Below, piece by piece: positions 7,310 through 12,974 of a stretch of DNA of 12,974 nt; position 1 is the stretch's first letter; each line of letters opens with the position of its first letter. A model generated the notes under the pieces. It saw only the letters and a program-made list of their open reading frames with translations, did not search any database and was not told the DNA's origin. The translations under genes were made by a program, and so were the position numbers. The DNA is from Silvanigrellaceae bacterium. GTDB taxonomy: Bacteria; Bdellovibrionota_B; Oligoflexia; Silvanigrellales; Silvanigrellaceae. The stretch spans positions 1 through 12,974 of the forward strand of contig JBMSQQ010000096.1 of assembly GCA_049423385.1 (NCBI GenBank). The letters run 5' to 3'.

Positions 7310-9445
7310 TCACATGAAGGAATAAGGATCGACGTCCACCTTCATCAGGTGCTGATACTCCTTGCGGCCGATGAGTTCCATCGGAACGAGTTTGGCTGGA
7401 TGGATGTCCTTGCGGGCGGCGATGACAAGATGCACCCGAAAGCTGCCTTTCAGTTTGGCGAGCACCGCCGGCATCGGGCCCGTGAGGCGAACGTCCTTGG
7501 GGCTGAGGTCGTGCTTCTGCCATGCCTCCGTCAACGACTTTTGCACGGCGGCTGCCTGTTGCATCAATTGCAGTTCGTTTGAATGTTGCATCTCGATGAG
7601 AATCTGCCGACACACCGGCGGATGCCAACCCAATTCGCGCATGTTCAGTTCATCTGTCAAAAACCGATCGACTGCACTCTCCAGTGCAAGACCCACAACG
7701 GGGTGACTTGCACCCAGCGACTGAACCGCAACGATACCTGGCAATTGTCCTCTTCCAGAACGTCCTGCAGCCTGGCAAAGAAGCTGAAAAGTTCTCTCGG
7801 CGGCACGATAATCCGGAACAAAAAGACCATCCTCCACGTTGAGGATCACCACGAGCGTCACCCTGGGAAAATCGTGGCCCTTCGACAACATCTGGGTGCC
7901 AACAAGGCATTGGGTTTCTCCAGAACGGAACCTGGACAAGATGTTCGACAGACGGGTTTGACTCGTCAGCACGTCGCGATCGAGGCGATCGACCACAAGA
8001 CCAGGCACCCGTTCGACAAGCTCCTGTTCCATGTTCTGGGTTCCAAGCCCCATGTGCACCAACTTTGAACCACCGCAGGATGGACAGGTGGACAATGTGT
8101 TTCTCGAAAATCCACAATAATGGCAGAGCTCTCTTGCACCGCGGGAGTGCAAGGTCGTGCTGACGGAGCAATGCGGGCAGCGCAATGCTTCACCACAATC
8201 CCCACAGAGCGCGAATTGTGCAAAACCACGACGATTGAGAATCACCATGCTTTGTTCGCCTTTTGCATGGGTCTGCGCAAGGAGATCAACAACTCCCGGC
8301 GCAATGATGTGTCCATCGAACGAGAACTGGGAGGACCTCACAACACCCCGCTTCAAGCCACCCGTTGAATGAATCTTGGGGCGAAACTGGAAGACTTCAA
8401 CTCGGGTTGACTGGCGCGAATGCTTCGATTGCAGATGAACAAGGGAATATCGACCTTTTTTTGCATTCGAATATGATTCCAGCGACGGTGTTGCCGATCC
8501 CAGCAGACATCGGGCGTTTGCAAGCTGCGCCCTTTTTACTGCGACATCACGCGCATGGTAACAAGGAAATTCCTCGCATTTGTAGCTTTGCTCATGCTCC
8601 TCATCAACAACAATCCAAGCCAGGTTCTCCACAGGTGCGAAGACGGCAGAGCGCACACCCAAAACCACCTTGGCTTTGCCTTCGGCAACCCTGAACCACT
8701 CGCGCTCGTGTTCAACGGGTGTGAGACCAGAATGAAGAACAGCCAGATCATCCGGAAAATGTGCACGAAATCGATCACACATTTGCGGAGTGAGCGCAAT
8801 TTCCGGAACAAGAATCAACGATGACTTTCCCTGTTGCAAAGCGTCCGCCACCAGATGCAGATAGACCTCTGTCTTGCCACTGCCGGTGACGCCCTGCAGC
8901 AGGGTCGTTTGATTGGCTGCGGAGGACTGCAACACTTGCAACGCAGAAAGTTGCTCGGGGTTCAGCGTTTTGAGCGGAAGCGCAGCAGCAGCGGCAGCAG
9001 CAGCAGATGCCGTTCCGCTGGTTTTTGCGTTTTGGGTTGTTGGTTTCAGCTCATCCGACGTTCGACGTTCTTGTTTTTCGCTGCGCCGCTGCCGTTTGGC
9101 ATGCGCTGGCGGACTCCACAGGAAGCCTGGTCCGGCCAGATGAATGGCTCGCCCGAGAGGTGAAAGATAATAGCTGCAAACCCACCGGATGAGATCGAGA
9201 ACCTGAGGCTTGATGAGTGGACAGTTGTCGACCAATCCCATCACTGGTCGACATGCAAATTGAGGTTTCGCGCACCATTCCAGAAAGACACCCACCAGAG
9301 TTCTGCCCTGGACGGGCAAATAGCAAAGCCTGCCAGGACTCAATTGATGACGAAACTCTGCAGGAACGATGTACGTCAACTCGTGAGACGTCGCATTTGC
9401 AACCGCAAACAAGCCGTACTCTTTCGGTTCCAGCGTCATTTCCAC
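7310..9445 (-). CDS. priA: Primosomal protein N' (replication restart helicase PriA)
   Basis: 3'-binding N-domain (LTY…WVCSYY.SPLG), GVTGSGKTEVY, LVPEIALTPQ, DEEH, SATPS, NRRGF, four CxxC pairs (CGDC, CPHC, CHYC, CPSC), GTQMLSKGHDFP, QAAGRSGR and terminal VDVDP. Confidence 0.97.
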   Translation of the reverse strand: MEMTLEPKEYGLFAVANATSHELTYIVPAEFRHQLSPGRLCYLPVQGRTLVGVFLEWCAKPQFACRPVMGLVDNCPLIKPQVLDLIRWVCSYYLSPLGRAIHLAGPGFLWSPPAHAKRQRRSEKQERRTSDELKPTTQNAKTSGTASAAAAAAAALPLKTLNPEQLSALQVLQSSAANQTTLLQGVTGSGKTEVYLHLVADALQQGKSSLILVPEIALTPQMCDRFRAHFPDDLAVLHSGLTPVEHEREWFRVAEGKAKVVLGVRSAVFAPVENLAWIVVDEEHEQSYKCEEFPCYHARDVAVKRAQLANARCLLGSATPSLESYSNAKKGRYSLVHLQSKHSRQSTRVEVFQFRPKIHSTGGLKRGVVRSSQFSFDGHIIAPGVVDLLAQTHAKGEQSMVILNRRGFAQFALCGDCGEALRCPHCSVSTTLHSRGARELCHYCGFSRNTLSTCPSCGGSKLVHMGLGTQNMEQELVERVPGLVVDRLDRDVLTSQTRLSNILSRFRSGETQCLVGTQMLSKGHDFPRVTLVVILNVEDGLFVPDYRAAERTFQLLCQAAGRSGRGQLPGIVAVQSLGASHPVVGLALESAVDRFLTDELNMRELGWHPPVCRQILIEMQHSNELQLMQQAAAVQKSLTEAWQKHDLSPKDVRLTGPMPAVLAKLKGSFRVHLVIAARKDIHPAKLVPMELIGRKEYQHLMKVDVDPYSFM
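8981..9004 (-). repeat. GCN (mostly GCT) trinucleotide tract encoding Ala8 within PriA
   Basis: Six GCT, one GCC and one GCG codon in frame on the minus strand. Confidence 0.8.
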
Positions 9446-9544
9446 GTTTACACTTCCCTTCCAGGAGACTCGATTTCGGCAGAATGCTAGGCTAACAAAG
9501 CATCATCAGGCGCGACAAGTGCGAAGCCCAGGAAAGGATCCACG

Positions 9545-10270
9545 TTGCAAGTCCATCCCGAAACTCTCCAGTACGCGTTTTTCGACGTCGATGGCACAGT
9601 CATCGCCAGGGATTCATTTCGAATCCTGATGCGGGAAATGATTCTCAAGGGGAATCCCATCCGCATCGCGATCGCCTTCGTTTTGTGCGTTATTCTGTCT
9701 GTTGGCAAATTCATGGGCATCGTCGGCAAGACCCAGTTTAAAAGTGCGCTTTTGTGGAGCGCAACCGTGGGAATGACTCCCCGACAGTCATTGACCAAGA
9801 TTCGCTCGGTTGTGAATGAATTCGTCAAACCTCTTTGGTTTGTGGAAATGGGCGGAGAACTCGAACGTCTTCGCAACAATGGAATGAAGGTGTGCTACGT
9901 GAGCGCCTCGGGTGAATACTGGCTGCGGGTGCTGCTGAAGGACATGGACCCGGGCGCAAAACTGATTGTCGGATCGCGTTTGATGATATTCTTCGGAGGA
10001 GTGACTCTCCGCGGACCCAATTGCCTCGGAGATGAAAAAATTCGTCGACTGCGTGCTCTCTTGCCGGCCGACACCATCTGGAGCTGCGCTTACAGCGACC
10101 ATCGTGCCGACCTGCCCTTGCTGCTTGCCAGCCGAAACAGGGTTGTCGTGAACCCGACACCCCGCAACCTCAGGGCCTTTCAGAATGCTCTTGGTTCGGA
10201 TGGGTTCACTGTCGCTCATTGGACACCCACGCAAGAAAAACGCAGCCAACAATTAAAGAATAGTCAATAA
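9545..10270 (+). CDS. HAD-superfamily subfamily IB phosphatase, membrane-associated (PgpC/PSP-like)
   Basis: Motif I FFDVDGT, motif II VSAS, motif III NCLGDEK and motif IV AYSDHRADLPLL, plus a hydrophobic helix (IAIAFVLCVILSV). TTG start follows AAAGGA. Confidence 0.88.
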   Translation: MQVHPETLQYAFFDVDGTVIARDSFRILMREMILKGNPIRIAIAFVLCVILSVGKFMGIVGKTQFKSALLWSATVGMTPRQSLTKIRSVVNEFVKPLWFVEMGGELERLRNNGMKVCYVSASGEYWLRVLLKDMDPGAKLIVGSRLMIFFGGVTLRGPNCLGDEKIRRLRALLPADTIWSCAYSDHRADLPLLLASRNRVVVNPTPRNLRAFQNALGSDGFTVAHWTPTQEKRSQQLKNSQ

Positions 10271-10307
10271 TAGCGAAGGCTTACTTAAAAGCACTTTTGT
10301 AAATCGC

Positions 10308-10334
10308 TCAACTTGTGAGCCCGCCTTCCGATGA
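10308..10334 (+). promoter_or_regulatory. sigma28/FliA-like promoter (TCAA-N15-TCCGATGA)
   Basis: Canonical 15-nt spacer and CCGAT core, 34 nt upstream of the ATG at 10369. Confidence 0.45.
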
Positions 10335-10368
10335 CACACCAATCCGGAAGTGACAGGGAGTTTCTGCG

Positions 10369-10971
10369 ATGGCTAGCAACCGAAAATGGACTCTGATCGT
10401 CGGCATAGGCTCGGCCCTGCTTGGCGTCGTTGCAACCCTGGTCTTCCAGGACAGCTCGAGCGGCCCAAACCAGGCCAAAACCCTGCAAAGAAAGACTGAT
10501 GCCTTGACTCCACCAAAGCCGGTGTGGGCAAAAATGCCCGAATCGACGAAGGAGAGTTCAAACGCTGCACCCGTGGAAAAGCGGGTTGATCAGGGAGCGG
10601 GAAATTCCCCTCTTCCCTCGTTGGAAAATCCGCCTGCCGTTGCCAAGGTTCGCGAGGAAGCAAATCAAAACCCGCACTCAACACCACAAGCCTTGCTCGC
10701 ATTTGCGGAAGAGATTTCTGTCAGCATGCAAGGCGCATTTGCCGATCGAGAAACTCGGTACACGGTTTCCCGGCAACTGATGGCCTGCGCCCGAGACAGC
10801 CAGGCCAAAGGTTCAGCACAAGCGGCACGAGCGCTGTGCTTGTTCAATCTTGAACGACTCAAGGAGCGCTACCCGGACGAACTCACTCCATCGTACCAGA
10901 CGCTGCTCGCCGAATTGCCTGATGACTTGATATTCGTGGCGGGAGTCACACGGCCGAACGTGGAGAAATAA
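10369..10971 (+). CDS. Membrane-anchored hypothetical protein (N-terminal TM, Pro/Ser-rich linker, helical domain with two Cys)
   Basis: AGGGAG RBS, TM segment WTLIVGIGSALLGVVATLVF, and a stop codon 1 nt before the next ATG. Confidence 0.75.
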   Translation: MASNRKWTLIVGIGSALLGVVATLVFQDSSSGPNQAKTLQRKTDALTPPKPVWAKMPESTKESSNAAPVEKRVDQGAGNSPLPSLENPPAVAKVREEANQNPHSTPQALLAFAEEISVSMQGAFADRETRYTVSRQLMACARDSQAKGSAQAARALCLFNLERLKERYPDELTPSYQTLLAELPDDLIFVAGVTRPNVEK

Positions 10972-10972
10972 A

Positions 10973-11944
10973 ATGAACAACAAATCACTTTACAGCTCGT
11001 TTGCGCTCGTAGCCGCCACGGTCGTCATGGTTTCCGTTGCAAATATCGGCTGTAAAAAACTCAAGGAACAACTCGAACAGCCCAAACTGCCACCACCACA
11101 AACAGGCATGGCAGAGCAAGTGGCTCCAACCCTGGACATCAATCTGGACGCAGGGCTTACAGAAAAAGAAAGAACGCTGTTCAGGGAAGACATCAAGTTT
11201 CTGCAGTCGATCAGCTTCAAATCGACAGCCGACAGTTACTTTTTCAAGGCGTTTGCCCCGAATGGAACAATCGACCTGTTGAAGTTCGTCGACGACCGCA
11301 TCGGCTATATTATTGGCATGAACACCACAATCGATTCCCGATTCAGCTACACAGCGGAAACCGGCAACAATTCCGGCAAGGCTGTGACGATCGCTACCAA
11401 TATCGGAACAGCTGTTTGGCTTGAAACTGTGGCGCAAAAACGACCGATCGAATTTTTCATCAACAACACATCAATACCTGTGAATGATCCGCGCATCGGA
11501 ATTGTGAGGCTTGCAGAGGGCTACACCAACTACGATGGCGAGGGTCGACCGATGAACCCGGTTGCCCGCACGGCAGTGTTGATACATGAGGCCCGCCACA
11601 GTGATTGCACAGGTGGATTGAGCGACCGTGATGTGTTGAATTTGTCTGCAGGGCAACTGCCCGAAAACCGGTCATGCGGGCATCTGCACACCATTTGCCA
11701 GGGTGGAGACTACGACGGCCTTCCCGCTTGCGACGGTCGCGAATGGGGCTCTTATGCCATGGGCTGGCTCTATGCCAATGAGTTCAAGGACAACTGCACG
11801 AACTGCAGCGAAGCAATGCGCCAGACGGCAAAAATTGTTGCCATCGATGCGCTGCTTCGGGTGGGTGAAGGTCGAGCCGCAGCCATGATCCAAAAAACAC
11901 TGCCACCACCCGACCTGAGCAGCACTCCGCGAAAGCCTCAATAA
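10973..11944 (+). CDS. Putative lipoprotein zinc metallopeptidase (HEXXH zincin-like, Cys-rich)
   Basis: Signal peptide ending ANIG-C (lipobox-like), helix ARTAVLIHEARH (motif at 11585-11599), downstream GHLH, six Cys in the C-terminal domain, and a GGAG RBS at 10962-10965. Confidence 0.72.
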   Translation: MNNKSLYSSFALVAATVVMVSVANIGCKKLKEQLEQPKLPPPQTGMAEQVAPTLDINLDAGLTEKERTLFREDIKFLQSISFKSTADSYFFKAFAPNGTIDLLKFVDDRIGYIIGMNTTIDSRFSYTAETGNNSGKAVTIATNIGTAVWLETVAQKRPIEFFINNTSIPVNDPRIGIVRLAEGYTNYDGEGRPMNPVARTAVLIHEARHSDCTGGLSDRDVLNLSAGQLPENRSCGHLHTICQGGDYDGLPACDGREWGSYAMGWLYANEFKDNCTNCSEAMRQTAKIVAIDALLRVGEGRAAAMIQKTLPPPDLSSTPRKPQ

Positions 11945-11957
11945 TCCGTCTTCAGGT

Positions 11958-11980
11958 TGATGACCGATCAGAAGTCATCA
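11958..11980. terminator. Hairpin TGATGAC-N9-GTCATCA between convergent genes (weak terminator candidate)
   Basis: 7-bp stem overlapping the tandem TGA stops of the helicase. There is no clear U-tract. Confidence 0.2.
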
Positions 11981-12973
11981 CGAATTCTCGTCATCATCCG
12001 ATTCTTCAATCAGCTCACCAACTGAATCTTCGACTGAAGACGCGGTTGGCTGAGTGTCTTCGCTTTCAAATTCATTGGTTTCTTCCGTGAGCATCCGATT
12101 GCGGGCATCGAGGGGATCACGCAAGACGACAGGAATCAGCGCACGGGCTTGTTGTGCAAGTTCGGGTTCATAATCTTCGAGTCGAGCAAGGCTCTGCAGA
12201 AAAGTCGCGAAGCGGAACAGGACCATCATGCAATCGCCGGCAGAAAAGTGCTTTGTCGTGTGCTCCTGGACCAAATCCTCCCAGGACATTTGATCATCCA
12301 CCCACGCCGAGACTATCGACGCAGCAGCCATATTGAATTCGCGGAACACCTTTTGACCTGATTCTTCGCGACGAAAGCCGAGTTCATCATACAATTCGGG
12401 GAACAGTTCTTCGGGATAGTGAATCTCGATTTCACGCGCCATATTGAGTTCGCTGAGGAACCCAACATCAGCATACGTATCCGGAATTTCCTTGAAATGA
12501 GCCGAGCAAAAGCTCGCCATCATTTGCAAATACTGTCGCAAATTGCCGGAATTGATTTCTCCTTGGGCCAACTTGCGGGCAATGATCAACCCGCCCGCCT
12601 GAGGGAAATGCCGAGCCAACTGGCCCATCAGCGTCGGGACCTGGCCATCCAACGCACCGATTGTGACGAGGTGCGTGATGATTTTTTGCAACGTGCTTTG
12701 CGAGGACGTGCTCATCACGTTGTGACAAGGAATTTTGGCCGGACACCGGTTGCAGGGAACGTTGCTGCGCTGATGCCCTTTGTGGAACTTTTTGTAGGTC
12801 GCAGGGATGTCGTCGCAGGCCAGGATCTCCATCTTGAAATCCTTGTAGAGCATTGCGCTCATAAGCTCATGGTCTGCGACAATCACCTGCTGCGGATCGC
12901 GTCCGCGCATGAAAAACGATTTGCGATAAAATTCCGACAAATAGGCGATACTTTCTTTCTGCCCCAAGAGACC
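11978..12973 (-). CDS. Ski2/HelY-like superfamily-II RNA helicase, C-terminal part (5' end outside window)
   Basis: The frame is open to the window edge. It has a winged-helix-like LVTIGALDGQVPTLMGQLARHF..GGLIIA segment, a DSHCT-like C-terminus (SIVSAW…SWEDL…SAGDCMMVLFRFATFLQSL…PELAQQARALIPVVLRD), a CNRCPAKIPC cluster and an acidic tail. The helicase core motifs are not in the window. Confidence 0.72.
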   Translation of the reverse strand, partial: GLLGQKESIAYLSEFYRKSFFMRGRDPQQVIVADHELMSAMLYKDFKMEILACDDIPATYKKFHKGHQRSNVPCNRCPAKIPCHNVMSTSSQSTLQKIITHLVTIGALDGQVPTLMGQLARHFPQAGGLIIARKLAQGEINSGNLRQYLQMMASFCSAHFKEIPDTYADVGFLSELNMAREIEIHYPEELFPELYDELGFRREESGQKVFREFNMAAASIVSAWVDDQMSWEDLVQEHTTKHFSAGDCMMVLFRFATFLQSLARLEDYEPELAQQARALIPVVLRDPLDARNRMLTEETNEFESEDTQPTASSVEDSVGELIEESDDDENS

Positions 12974-12974
12974 A

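Noticed and set aside
4791..9495. Numerous 60-190 aa antisense or alternate-frame ORFs (e.g. 5151..5717, 6332..6847, 7583..8068, 7650..8171)
   Set aside because: They lie within well-supported genes, show no recognisable motifs, and are typical shadow ORFs.
9473..9500. GCCGAAAT on the minus strand upstream of priA as a fifth sigma28 promoter
   Set aside because: A -10-like octamer is present, but there is no TAAA/TCAA-like -35 at 15-16 nt spacing.
1..12974. A single large novel system (defence island, prophage, CRISPR or secretion cluster) spanning the window
   Set aside because: The genes alternate strands in short units around housekeeping loci. I see no repeat arrays, mobility genes, att-like repeats or obvious compositional break.

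Overview
About 13 kb of a ~50% GC bacterial chromosome, densely coding on both strands, with no tRNA, rRNA, CRISPR array, integrase or transposase that I can see. Recognisable housekeeping genes are priA, a COG0523/CobW metallochaperone GTPase, an AstE/AspA (M14) Zn hydrolase, a HAD-IB phosphatase and the 3' part of a Ski2/HelY-like helicase. Between them lie poorly characterised envelope and signalling genes: a beta-barrel outer-membrane protein, an RsbW-like GHKL ATPase, a receiver-plus-helical-domain protein, a small secreted protein, an orphan degenerate FliG paralog, and a coupled membrane-protein/HEXXH-lipoprotein pair. Four of these accessory units carry a sigma28/FliA-like promoter motif 27-45 nt upstream of the start codon. 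The gene content suggests a Bdellovibrionota/deltaproteobacteria-like flagellated Gram-negative organism (inference). The first ~790 nt look like a frameshifted coding region. I cannot demonstrate a new multi-gene system. The best leads are the degenerate FliG, the dispersed sigma28-like regulon and the metalloprotease/partner operon.
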